40,000 bases of DNA from Candidatus Bathyarchaeum tardum (GCA_024650005.2 CP122380.1:1520681-1560680); one strand, 5' to 3'; counted from the stretch's first letter, positions 9,158 to 17,478 are shown. The notes: generated by a model not told the origin, from the sequence alone. Numbers and translations: made by a program.

Positions 9158-10142
9158 TCACCGACCGCAATAAGGGTTCAACGATTACAGTAAGAGCAAG
9201 GGAAAGAATCGACAATGGAATCAACATTTGCCAATTCCCATGAACAACCTGATCGATACGCAACCGAGCGGAAACATTACCGACATACTCAAGAACAAAA
9301 ACCACACCTAAGGTTTTTACCATAAACCAGAAAGCATACCAAATTTCAGGAGGACCAAAAAAGATGGGTCCATGTGCGCCACCTAAGAACAACATAGTTA
9401 CAAGAGAAGCGCCAATCAGAAACTGGAAATCTTCTGCAAGTTTTATGAAAGCAAGTTTTCTTCCACTGTATTCAGTTTCATAACCACCGACTATTTCAGT
9501 TTCTGCATGCGGTATATCAAAGGGGTCTTTTTCTAGTTCAGCTTGTAAAACAATAATGAATAATACACAACACCACGGTGCTAAAATAAGATAAGGAATG
9601 GGCTGATTTGCAGCGATCGTAGTGAGTGACAAACTTTTGGCCAGATAAGCAGGACCAGTTGCAAGAAGAATAAGAGGAATGTCATAACCAAGGAATTGGG
9701 TTAAAACTCGGGTTGCACCTATTCCGCTGTAAGGGTTTAATGAAGACCAGCCAGAAAGAAAAAGTGCAAAGTTAGCAAGAGTCAATAAAAGCAAAACTAA
9801 AAGTAAATCCCCTTCAAAATTTGAACCCAAAATGACGTTTGAACCATCAATTGGAATAAAGAAAATGGCAAACACATACAATGAAAAGGCAAGAAGGGGG
9901 GCTATGATGAATAATGTTTTGTTGGTTTGCTTTGGAGTGATGTCTTCTTTTGAAAACAATTTGATATAGTCAGCAATAGGTTGAAGAATTCCAAAGGGAC
10001 CTGCATAGGTTGGACCCATACGGTTCTGGAATCTTGCAGTTATTTTTCTTTCGAACCAGTCAAAGAAGAGCACAAGAATCAACAGAAAAAGGAAACCTGG
10101 AAATACCAGAATCCTTAGGAGAAAAACTAGATCAAGTGCCAA
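9150..10142 (-). CDS. Membrane subunit (NuoH/HycD-like)
   Basis: 330-aa polytopic protein. RFQNRMGPTYAGPFGILQPIADYIKL and ETEIVGGYETEYSGRKLAFIKLAEDF match conserved NuoH/HycD blocks. Directly abuts the large-subunit gene (10142/10143). Confidence 0.8.
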   Translation of the reverse strand: MALDLVFLLRILVFPGFLFLLILVLFFDWFERKITARFQNRMGPTYAGPFGILQPIADYIKLFSKEDITPKQTNKTLFIIAPLLAFSLYVFAIFFIPIDGSNVILGSNFEGDLLLVLLLLTLANFALFLSGWSSLNPYSGIGATRVLTQFLGYDIPLILLATGPAYLAKSLSLTTIAANQPIPYLILAPWCCVLFIIVLQAELEKDPFDIPHAETEIVGGYETEYSGRKLAFIKLAEDFQFLIGASLVTMLFLGGAHGPIFFGPPEIWYAFWFMVKTLGVVFVLEYVGNVSARLRIDQVVHGNWQMLIPLSILSLALTVIVEPLLRSVIG

Positions 10143-11816
10143 CTAGATAAGCACCTTCCTGTTTTTTTGGTTGTTGACCTCGTCTAGGCTCCAGTGCCAC
10201 TTTTGGTCAGAGTTAAGCTGAATAAATGCCATACGGTCAGTACAAGAAAAGCAGGGGTCCAAACTGCCCATAACCGAAGGAATGTCAGCAACGAATCCCC
10301 CTTTTATTGCATCTGGAAATGCCATCAGGTTTGCCAATGTAGGTGCTCTGACTTTAACTCGGTATGGGTATGCGCTTCCGTCACTTTTAACGTAATGAAT
10401 AAGTTCACCGCGAGGGGCTTCAACACGGCTAACTGCTTCCCCTTCAGGTATTTTTCGTTGAACTCTTACCCTTATTTTTCCTTCAGGAAGGTTATCAAGG
10501 GCATATTCTACTATGTTTATACTTTCCAGCACTTCGTCCGCTCTGACCATGAGTCGAGCCCACGTGTCACATTCATTATAGCTTATTACATTGAAAGGAA
10601 TTTCGCCATATGCAGCATAGGGGTCATCTTTTCGGACATCAGACGCAACACCCGAAGCCCTCAAAACAGGACCAACCACACAAAGTTTCAAAGCGTCTTT
10701 TCTACTTAAGACACCAACTCCTTCGGTTCTCATTCGCAGGGTTGCATCTTCTTCGAATACTTTCTTGTAGAAATCTGCTCTTTTTCTTACGTCTTTAAGG
10801 GTTTTTAGGGTCTTTTCGATTGTGCTTGGGGCAATGTCTCGTCTTACGCCACCAATGGTGTTGAATCCACTCATCAAACGGTTTCCAGTTATTCGTTCAA
10901 CAATATCCATTACTGGTTCACGGTCCCTCCAAACATGCTGGAATAATGATTCAAAACCCAGCAAGTGACCAGCAACCCCAAGTAACAACAAGTGGCTGTG
11001 AATACGGTTTAGTTCATGTATAATTGTACGGTAATACTGTGCACGGGGTGGAGTTTCAACGTTTGCTATGTCTTCAACTGCTTGACAGAACACAGTAGTA
11101 TGAGCAGCATTGCAAATACCACAAATCCTTTCCACCAAGTACACATCTTGGAAATACATCATAGTTTCCGCAGCTTTTTCGATGCCGCGATGAACATATC
11201 CAAGACGGGCATCAACATCAACGACTCGTTCACCATCAAGGGTGAAAGAAAAACGTTCAGGTTCATGTAAAACAGGATGCTGAGGACCCACAATAACATT
11301 AACTAATGATTCAGAAGCCCCACTTACTGATTTTGGTTTTGGCGCTTCTTCAGAAACAAAAATGTCCTCTTGGTTTTCCGGTGCTTTCCAATCTCTTCGA
11401 AGCGGATAATTGCCTTTAGGCCAACTTTCTGGAAGCAATAAGCGCTCCATGTTAGGATGCCCCTCAAAAGTTACGCCTAACAAGTCGTAGACTTCACGCT
11501 CATACAAGTTAGCTCCAGGAATAAGGTCACAAATCGATTTCGTAACAGGTTTTATTTTTGGAACACGAATTTTCAGAGTAACGGTTCCGCCACAAATCAT
11601 GTGATAATTTAATTCAATTTCGTTGCCTAAATCAGTTCCAGTTATTGTGGAAATTATTGTATCTTCAACCTGTTTTAGAAGCAAAGAAATTGCATCTCGG
11701 TGTTTTTCAGGTTTAAGAAAAACGTAAGCTTTCCTTGACCTAGGGACCTTTAACTCGACAATCGAATTGGCCAAATTATTTTTTAAAAGTTCTACAGCTT
11801 TGTCAAATTGTCCCAT
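10143..11816 (-). CDS. Fused NuoC-like domain plus group-4 [NiFe]-hydrogenase large subunit (HycE/HyfG-like, NuoD position)
   Basis: N-terminal NuoC block YEREVYDLLGVTFEGHPNMERLLLPESW...PLRRDW. L1 ligand motif ERICGICNAAH (C232, C235; nt 11100..11129). L2 motif DPCFSCTDR (C522, C525; nt 10233..10259), followed by a 29-aa tail. Both motifs were verified directly in the DNA. Confidence 0.85.
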   Translation of the reverse strand: MGQFDKAVELLKNNLANSIVELKVPRSRKAYVFLKPEKHRDAISLLLKQVEDTIISTITGTDLGNEIELNYHMICGGTVTLKIRVPKIKPVTKSICDLIPGANLYEREVYDLLGVTFEGHPNMERLLLPESWPKGNYPLRRDWKAPENQEDIFVSEEAPKPKSVSGASESLVNVIVGPQHPVLHEPERFSFTLDGERVVDVDARLGYVHRGIEKAAETMMYFQDVYLVERICGICNAAHTTVFCQAVEDIANVETPPRAQYYRTIIHELNRIHSHLLLLGVAGHLLGFESLFQHVWRDREPVMDIVERITGNRLMSGFNTIGGVRRDIAPSTIEKTLKTLKDVRKRADFYKKVFEEDATLRMRTEGVGVLSRKDALKLCVVGPVLRASGVASDVRKDDPYAAYGEIPFNVISYNECDTWARLMVRADEVLESINIVEYALDNLPEGKIRVRVQRKIPEGEAVSRVEAPRGELIHYVKSDGSAYPYRVKVRAPTLANLMAFPDAIKGGFVADIPSVMGSLDPCFSCTDRMAFIQLNSDQKWHWSLDEVNNQKNRKVLI

Positions 11817-11820
11817 GATT

Positions 11821-12234
11821 TTATCCCTTCAGTTTTTCAAGCAGTTTGGCAATGCCTTGTAAGATGGCTTCTGGTTTTGGTGGACAACCCGGGACATAAA
11901 CGTCGACAGGAATTATTTGATCTAAGTGCCCACTTATGTTGTAACAGCCTTGGAATATTCCACCAGAACAGGAACATGCACCGACGGCTACAACAAATTT
12001 GGGTGAAGGCATTTGTTCATAAATCATTTTGAGTCGAGGCGCGCATTGTCTTGTTACAGGTCCAGTTACTATCAAAACGTCCGCATGACGTGGGGAGGGT
12101 TCAAGTTTTGCACCAAAGCGTTCCACATCATATCTTGGGGTAAGTAATGAAACAACTTCAATGTCACATCCGTTACAGGCGCCAGTGTTGAAATGAAGCA
12201 ACCAAGGTGAGTTTCGTCTAGCCCATTTCAGCAA
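11821..12234 (-). CDS. [4Fe-4S] small subunit (NuoB/HycG-like)
   Basis: Cys ligand set CNGCDIE, GACSCSGG and VPGCPP, as in NuoB and group-4 hydrogenase small subunits. The ORF-track start is a TTG, so the true start is uncertain. Confidence 0.85.
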   Translation of the reverse strand: MLKWARRNSPWLLHFNTGACNGCDIEVVSLLTPRYDVERFGAKLEPSPRHADVLIVTGPVTRQCAPRLKMIYEQMPSPKFVVAVGACSCSGGIFQGCYNISGHLDQIIPVDVYVPGCPPKPEAILQGIAKLLEKLKG

Positions 12235-12251
12235 CCCTAGGTCGGGCGTCT

Positions 12252-12575
12252 TTAATTGCCTCCTAAAAGCAACAAGTCGGCTGCTAAGATTATTCCTAAG
12301 TAAATCAACAAGGTGAAAGGATTGATCATTTCAAGGGCTAATGCAGCAAAGGCCAGAATCAATGCAGGTGAATCGATTATTACAAAGAATATTAAATATT
12401 TATAGAGAGTAACATTAACAAGCAATCGGGTAGAAGCAACTTTTTCTCCACATGCATACATTTCATTTTTTTCTGGGCTTTCAGGAGATTTAGGTGCCAG
12501 TAATTTGCTTGCTAAATAAATCAATGACGCGAGGGCCAGAATGATCAGAAATGCAATAAGAGATTCGATCAGCAT
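12252..12575 (-). CDS. Small membrane subunit (NuoA-like), first gene of the operon
   Basis: 107 aa, three TM helices, loop motif MYACGEK resembling the NuoA PYECG block. A long AT-rich non-coding region lies upstream. Confidence 0.65.
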   Translation of the reverse strand: MLIESLIAFLIILALASLIYLASKLLAPKSPESPEKNEMYACGEKVASTRLLVNVTLYKYLIFFVIIDSPALILAFAALALEMINPFTLLIYLGIILAADLLLLGGN

Positions 12576-12994
12576 TGTGTATATTCAACCATTCAAAGAT
12601 TTTGTAAGGTATTTTCAGTATCTAATGTTAACAAAACGTTTCCAATTGTAATATTAGTCTTCAAAGGTACTGTATTAAAACATTGTTTTGTCCCCAGTTT
12701 AGATGTAAACCAAAGTGTCAAGACAGTTATGGCGGTCACCATTGAGATTGTGAAAGACATTAAGTTTGCTTGCGTTCCTGATTACCTCCGCTTTTGGAAC
12801 GGGAAGTAAAAACTTAGGATTTAAGGGTTCCGTATAATAAAATTAAACTTGAATAATAAAATATAATAAATTAAATTAGATTAAATAAATCTGCAATTAA
12901 AGCGTGGTAAAAACATCAACAACATTCAAAAAGAAAAACATACAAAAGACAAAGATATTCCAAATATCAAAAAGAAAAAGCATTAAAACACAAT

Positions 12995-13783
12995 CTAGTC
13001 CGAAAGAGAATCCAGTAGGCCTTTCATTGCTTTTGTGTTGTGGGGAAACTCTACTTTGATTGGTGTAACCGAAACATAATTGCCATTTTTTATGGCGTGC
13101 AAATCTGTTCCAGGGGCACCGTCAGGATAGTGGTGCAATGCCCAGCTCTTGATTTCATAACCGTCTGTGATTTCGTCATGTATATCACCATAGCCGTCAT
13201 AACAAAGACTCGTTAATAGCACGTTTTTTGGGTCAGCGTTTTCTGGAACGTTTATTGAAATAATGTCCACATCCGCAGGCATTCCAGATTCCAGCACATG
13301 CTTAGAGGCCTTGTATCCAAGATGGGCAGCTAATTCTAAGTCTTTCACGGAAAAATTGGTGTTTCCAAAGGTTTTGTCAGAGAGTTCAGACAAACAATAG
13401 GAAACAGCTATAGCAGGAATATTATGTATTGCAGCTTCAAAAGCAGCTCCAACAGTGCCAGAAGTAAGTAAGTCATCGATTCCAAGGTTTGGACCGATAT
13501 TGATTCCCGAAACAAGCAGATCAGGCATTTTTTTCAAAATTTTGTTAATAGCAATCAAAAATGAGTCAGCAGGAGTGCCCGTTGTTGCATATGCTGTAAT
13601 ACCATCACCAAGGTCAGCGTCACATATTTTGACTTGACCAATACTGATCGATTTTCCAACACCGCTTCTTTGGCATCCAGGAGTTACAACTACTACATCT
13701 CCAAGTTTTGTTAGCTGCTTTGCAAGAACTGACAAACCGATTGAGTCGACACCATCGTCATTTGTTACAAGTATTGTAGGCAA
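12995..13783 (-). CDS. surE: 5'/3'-nucleotidase SurE
   Basis: N-terminal ILVTNDDGVDSIG and GINIGPNLG blocks; 262 aa, typical length. Confidence 0.9.
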   Translation of the reverse strand: MPTILVTNDDGVDSIGLSVLAKQLTKLGDVVVVTPGCQRSGVGKSISIGQVKICDADLGDGITAYATTGTPADSFLIAINKILKKMPDLLVSGINIGPNLGIDDLLTSGTVGAAFEAAIHNIPAIAVSYCLSELSDKTFGNTNFSVKDLELAAHLGYKASKHVLESGMPADVDIISINVPENADPKNVLLTSLCYDGYGDIHDEITDGYEIKSWALHHYPDGAPGTDLHAIKNGNYVSVTPIKVEFPHNTKAMKGLLDSLSD

Positions 13784-13938
13784 TCTGTTTCCTCCGGTTG
13801 TTTTAGATACAATATCGAGTTATTTTAGGGTATTCTTAAACTGAACGTTCTTTAGTTGAAGCCCAGAAAAACAAGAAAACAGGTTATCAACATTAAAACA
13901 TTAGAAAAATGATTAATTCGGATTAAATTTTCAATAAG

Positions 13939-13946
13939 TTTATATT
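13939..13946 (+). promoter_or_regulatory. TATA-box-like element (TTTATATT) upstream of the GC-rich island
   Basis: Centred about 27 nt upstream of where the GC-rich segment begins (about 13970), which fits archaeal promoter geometry. AT-rich context makes chance matches common. Confidence 0.3.
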
Positions 13947-13969
13947 GGAGCAAAGCTTTTTTCGCTCAA

Positions 13970-14095
13970 CATGGGATGGTGGAGGGACGCAGAGAAAATA
14001 CCCCTATTCTCCAGTCGCCAAGAGACCTACCCTCTCCTTGCGCGATCGAAGGCGCATACGCGCGCATGCGCCAACGCCCCCACCTCCTCTTTCCT
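13970..14095 (+). ncRNA. Candidate structured ncRNA of unknown family (GC-rich island); strand tentative
   Basis: About 117 nt at roughly 62% G+C by my hand count, inside strongly AT-rich flanks. Hairpins: GGCGCAT(14051-57)/ATGCGCC(14066-72); GAGAA(13992-96)/TTCTC(14007-11); GGAGGG(13981-86) with CCCTCTCC(14030-37). It ends before a T-rich stretch. The ORFs overlapping it on both strands do not look like coding sequence. Confidence 0.3.
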
Positions 14096-14322
14096 AATTT
14101 ATCGAACAAAATTTGTGAATTAACCAAATCTTCTGGCACATACCTAGGTTTAAAGAGAAATCCCAACTAACGGGAATTGAAGTGGATTGAATCTAAACAA
14201 AAACGTCTAAAAAACGAAATGTATGTTGGAGTAACCCTACATATCAATGATAGAGAGGGTTCACAAGAAAATATTGAGGCTTTGGAGCTTACAGCCAAAA
14301 AGGAGTTTAGACAGAGGATTTG

Positions 14323-15024
14323 TCACCATGGTACAACGTAATCAGCAACAGTTATGTCCCAATCCGTCAGTACTTCACCAGCATAAAAGACGTTTTCGTG
14401 CACCAAAGAATTAGAACCTGCAGGGATATAACCAACCTCTATGAAAGTTTGGTTAGCGACCACGTCTCCTTGATAGAGAGTAACATTCAGTCTAACATTA
14501 GCAACATCTTTAATTCCTATGTTTCGAACCTCACCAGTTATCCATAATCTCGGTGTACCATCAGTTCTAATATCTGTAGCACCAACAAGAAGGATGACCC
14601 CAGGATATCTTAAGTCATGTATTTCCTCTTCTAATTTAAGTATCCATTCATCTCGTTCACCAATAACTGCAACCTGTGATTTAATGTATTCATCCCGTTC
14701 AGCTATAACAGCATCCTGAGCCTGGATGTATTCCTCACGTTCACCAATAACTGCAACCTGTGATTTAATGTATTCATCCCGTTCAGCTATAACAGCATCC
14801 TGAGCCTGGATGTATTCCTCACGTTCACCAATAACTGCAACCTGTGATTTAATGTATTCATCCCGTTCAGCTATCAACATGTCCCTTTCATTTACTGCAT
14901 TTTGTAGAGAAGTTATCTCTGAAGTATAGATGAACGCCATCCCAGATGCTGCAACCGAAAGTAGAACAATAATTGCCACCAAAATAATTGAGATTTTTCT
15001 GCTGGATTTTTTGTGCTCATTCAT
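14323..15024 (-). CDS. Membrane-anchored coiled-coil repeat protein with a C-terminal FxLYD-like beta domain
   Basis: N-terminal TM helix ISIILVAIIVLLSVAASGMAFIY. A 28-aa unit AERDEYIKSQVAVIGEREEYIQAQDAVI is repeated. The C-terminal ITGEVRNIGIKDVANVRLNVTLYQGDVV resembles the FxLYD domain. GGAGGTGA lies 9 nt upstream of the ATG. Confidence 0.65.
   Translation of the reverse strand: MNEHKKSSRKISIILVAIIVLLSVAASGMAFIYTSEITSLQNAVNERDMLIAERDEYIKSQVAVIGEREEYIQAQDAVIAERDEYIKSQVAVIGEREEYIQAQDAVIAERDEYIKSQVAVIGERDEWILKLEEEIHDLRYPGVILLVGATDIRTDGTPRLWITGEVRNIGIKDVANVRLNVTLYQGDVVANQTFIEVGYIPAGSNSLVHENVFYAGEVLTDWDITVADYVVPW
14645..14874. repeat. Tandem repeat, 84-bp period, about 2.7 copies, nearly identical
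   Basis: The segment starting TCACGTTCACCAATAACTGC at 14735 recurs exactly at 14819 (56 nt identical up to 14874). A copy starting near 14651 differs at one visible position (tctcg versus tcacg). In frame, equal to 28 aa. Confidence 0.9.
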
Positions 15025-15224
15025 TCAGTTTTTTCACCTCCATTTTTTTGACTACAGTCTTTAGAATGGAGAGCAACTCCTCAAGTTCGACGCGATGCTG
15101 AGCCATCTCCAGATGCAGACCGTTAAGCTGACTTTTCAGGTCAAGGTTTTCCTCTCAGTTTATCGATATCTTTTTAGCGTATTCATGGCTTTAGGCGAAA
15201 CTGACGGATTAAAGTTTAGGTAAT

Positions 15225-15925
15225 TTAGTATACTTCAGGGCACCTTTCTCTAATCTCCAGTTCCAATGTTTGAAGGTAAACATGATTACTCATTGTAATG
15301 ACTTTTCCCAACACATACTTTCTGAAACTCATTAAATCATGAACGAATAGACCAGACATACCCATTTTCTGATGTTTTAGAATTGGGGTTTTCATGTAAG
15401 TTTGATGTTCGCTTTCTTCACTAAGCTCCTCATGGTGTAGTGGATACCACTTAAGGTTGAGTCGAAAATATCTGACACTACGTTTAGCCATTAAAAGTAG
15501 AGTTAATTGTTCAGAATTCCCTTTCTCTTGCATATATATCCTCAGAGAGTTTAAGCCATTTGTCACACCATTCAGTAGCTAGAGGATTTAAGATTCCAAG
15601 TTAGGCTGCCCTGTCTTTTTGGCGAATGCCCTTTAAGTAAACATGCTTTTCTCCCTTTTTCTTTTGATTGTTCTTTCAGTTTACGAAGAGTCTCCTGTTT
15701 GAAGTTAACAAACGCGGATATTTCCCAAACTAATTAACATGCTAAAGTCAATATTGCTTTGTCTCTTGTGTCTGTACCTCAAACATTTTGCGTAAGTTTC
15801 CGTTGTGAAATTTGCTACAGCAGCTAATCTTCGCAGAAAAGTGTTGTTAGAAAGGCTCATGTCCTCATTCTGATAACGTAGAGTTAAGGTTCTTGCATCT
15901 CTAGGTGCATTTTAACAATTTACAA
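15225..15925 (-). pseudogene. Degraded tyrosine-recombinase (integrase)-like gene in three frames
   Basis: The minus strand reads in pieces. Piece 1: RDARTLTLRYQNEDMSLSNNTFLRRLAAVANF...*. Piece 2: NFKQETLRKLKEQSKEKGRKACLLKGH...*. Piece 3 is the 113-aa ORF with IYMQEKGNSEQLTLLL (compare GKGnKeR) and LFVHDLMSFRKYVL...SNHVYLQTLE (compare HDLRHtfa...LGH). Catalytic residues look mutated, and the family call is weak. Confidence 0.35.
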
Positions 15926-15940
15926 AGAAAAAATATTCAG

Positions 15941-16240
15941 TTACAGGACAAGGTCTTTTTTAATTTTAAATTCTGAGAAGTCTCCAACATATTTTCCCCA
16001 ACGGACGTCAGTTCGTAAAATATGAGCTCCTGAAGGTCCAACGCGACAAAAATCAATCATTTTTTCTACGTTTTCTTTTTTTCCTTCAAATATTGCTTCT
16101 ACTCGACCGTCAGACACGTTTCTGACCCAGCCAATAACATTTTGTTTAATTGCCTCTGAACGTGTGGAGGCTCTAAAAAATACGCCTTGGACTTTGCCTG
16201 TAACAAAAATGTGAGCCCTAATGTTCATGTTTTTCATCAA
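15941..16240 (-). CDS. acyP: Acylphosphatase
   Basis: VTGKVQGVFFRASTRSEA...GWVRNVSDGRVEAIFEG matches the acylphosphatase signature; about 95 aa. Confidence 0.85.
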   Translation of the reverse strand: MMKNMNIRAHIFVTGKVQGVFFRASTRSEAIKQNVIGWVRNVSDGRVEAIFEGKKENVEKMIDFCRVGPSGAHILRTDVRWGKYVGDFSEFKIKKDLVL

Positions 16241-16302
16241 CTGTGTTGTGAAGAAAATAGACTAACCCAAAGAATAGAAAATAGTGAATCATTCACGTTT
16301 AG

Positions 16303-16632
16303 TTATGTTACTTTTTTGAAGTGCATAGTTTGCCCAAACAGTTCTAGTTCGTAGAGTTGGTTTACGTCAAACTGGATGCCTAGTTGTTCATATTCGGTTT
16401 CTGTTAGGAATAAAATCATTTTAGGAACAGAGAACTGGCTTGTTTGGTTAGCAATCATTGGAAGTTGTTGTTGCAGGCTTTTCATTACTTCTTGAACCAT
16501 ACGGGCTTCTTCGGTTGCAGGTCTGACAGCAAAACGGGGGATAACTCGTTCTTCAATTAGTTCTATGCGTTTACCTAGGTTGCCTTCAGGGTCTTTTGTT
16601 GATTCGATTTTTTGAACCCGGACACGTGTCAT
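16303..16632 (-). CDS. Hypothetical protein
   Basis: 109-aa ORF with balanced composition and no competing ORF. No family recognised. Confidence 0.5.
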   Translation of the reverse strand: MTRVRVQKIESTKDPEGNLGKRIELIEERVIPRFAVRPATEEARMVQEVMKSLQQQLPMIANQTSQFSVPKMILFLTETEYEQLGIQFDVNQLYELELFGQTMHFKKVT

Positions 16633-16704
16633 AGTATATCACTTCAGCTAATCAAGGAACCGCGACGCCTTTATACATTTCTTTTCAGTTTTTGACCATG
16701 GAAA

Positions 16705-17160
16705 TTAAAGGTAGATTCCACCTTCTGACAGTAATTGGTTAGTCATATTTTTTGTTATATACATACCCATTTGAGGCATTCGTTGTTTTCCAATAATTTG
16801 TAGCAGAACTTTAATTGGAACAGGGTTTGGCAATGTTTTCAAGTTTGTGAATCTAACAAAGGTAGCTGTTTTTCGACCCTGTAAAAAGTCAGTGTATTCA
16901 TCATATGATTTTAACAGGGATTCGCGTCCAAGAGATTCCCATAGGTCTTTAGAGTATCCATGCACATTTTCAACAAAATCAGCATAGCCTTGTATTTGTT
17001 TTGTTGGATGAGTCACATAAAAAAACAATTGTTCAGTGCTTTTTGGCCCCACAACGCCACGGCGAACAAAGGCGTGGTTCTTTTTTCCAGCTTCATTTTG
17101 TTTGCAGAGCCGGTCCCAAAATTTTTCTAGATTCAATACGATGAAAGCGTATTTTTGCAA
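16705..17160 (-). CDS. PUA-like (ASCH-type) domain protein
   Basis: QLFFYVTHPTKQIQGYADFVENVHGYSKDLWESLGRESLLKSYDEYTDFLQGRKTATFVRFTNLKTLPNPVP follows the ASCH pattern: beta-strand core, then elWe...s.eey..Y..g...a.ai, then ...l..Pi. Confidence 0.5.
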   Translation of the reverse strand: MQKYAFIVLNLEKFWDRLCKQNEAGKKNHAFVRRGVVGPKSTEQLFFYVTHPTKQIQGYADFVENVHGYSKDLWESLGRESLLKSYDEYTDFLQGRKTATFVRFTNLKTLPNPVPIKVLLQIIGKQRMPQMGMYITKNMTNQLLSEGGIYL

Positions 17161-17367
17161 CCTTCTTCACGTCCATTCTGCATTCATTGTTTATTATTTA
17201 CTTTGTTTTAACTTATAAATTAAACTTATAAAACGGAATAGATAATTAATTTAAGTGTAACATGATGATGGTACTGCTAGCAAATACTGAAACAGATATA
17301 TTATATGTAAGCACAAAGAAGAAAGGTAAAGAACAAACAAAACTGAAGATCAAAGGATTGCATTGGT

Positions 17368-17478
17368 ATGAAATGTCCAAGATGCGAAACTGAAATGACC
17401 ACACGAAAACTAAAGGGAAAAAAACAAGTTTTTTTTTCGTGCCCAAAATGCCATTATAATCGCACATCAAGAACATAA
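17368..17478 (+). CDS. Small zinc-ribbon protein (36 aa)
   Basis: My own translation gives MKCPRCETEMTTRKLKGKKQVFFSCPKCHYNRTSRT, with two CxxC pairs. It is below the ORF-track length cutoff. The overlapping 76-aa minus ORF is low-complexity. Confidence 0.4.
   Translation: MKCPRCETEMTTRKLKGKKQVFFSCPKCHYNRTSRT

Noticed and set aside
10194-10709. 171-aa plus-strand ORF. The same applies to 7200..7619, 8407..8679, 8889..9193, 11016..11270, 3080..3331 and 319..669.
   Set aside because: All are antisense shadows inside strongly supported minus-strand operon genes, and none has a recognisable motif.
13970-14095. 5S rRNA or a canonical tRNA as the identity of the GC-rich island (the size is right for 5S).
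   Set aside because: The conserved 5S blocks (CCGAAC, GAAGUUAAGC and GGGAGUAC-type) are absent on both strands. The TCGA-containing hairpins have 8-nt loops and no matching acceptor stem.
13966-14170. Track ORFs of 66 aa (minus) and 64 aa (plus) over the GC-rich island.
   Set aside because: They mirror each other over the same GC-rich patch. They have Arg/Pro/Gly-rich composition and no RBS, which is typical of spurious ORFs over structured or GC-rich DNA.
17246-17476. 76-aa minus-strand ORF.
   Set aside because: It has Phe/Leu-rich low-complexity composition. The plus strand encodes a neat CxxC...CxxC zinc-ribbon mini-protein in the same place.
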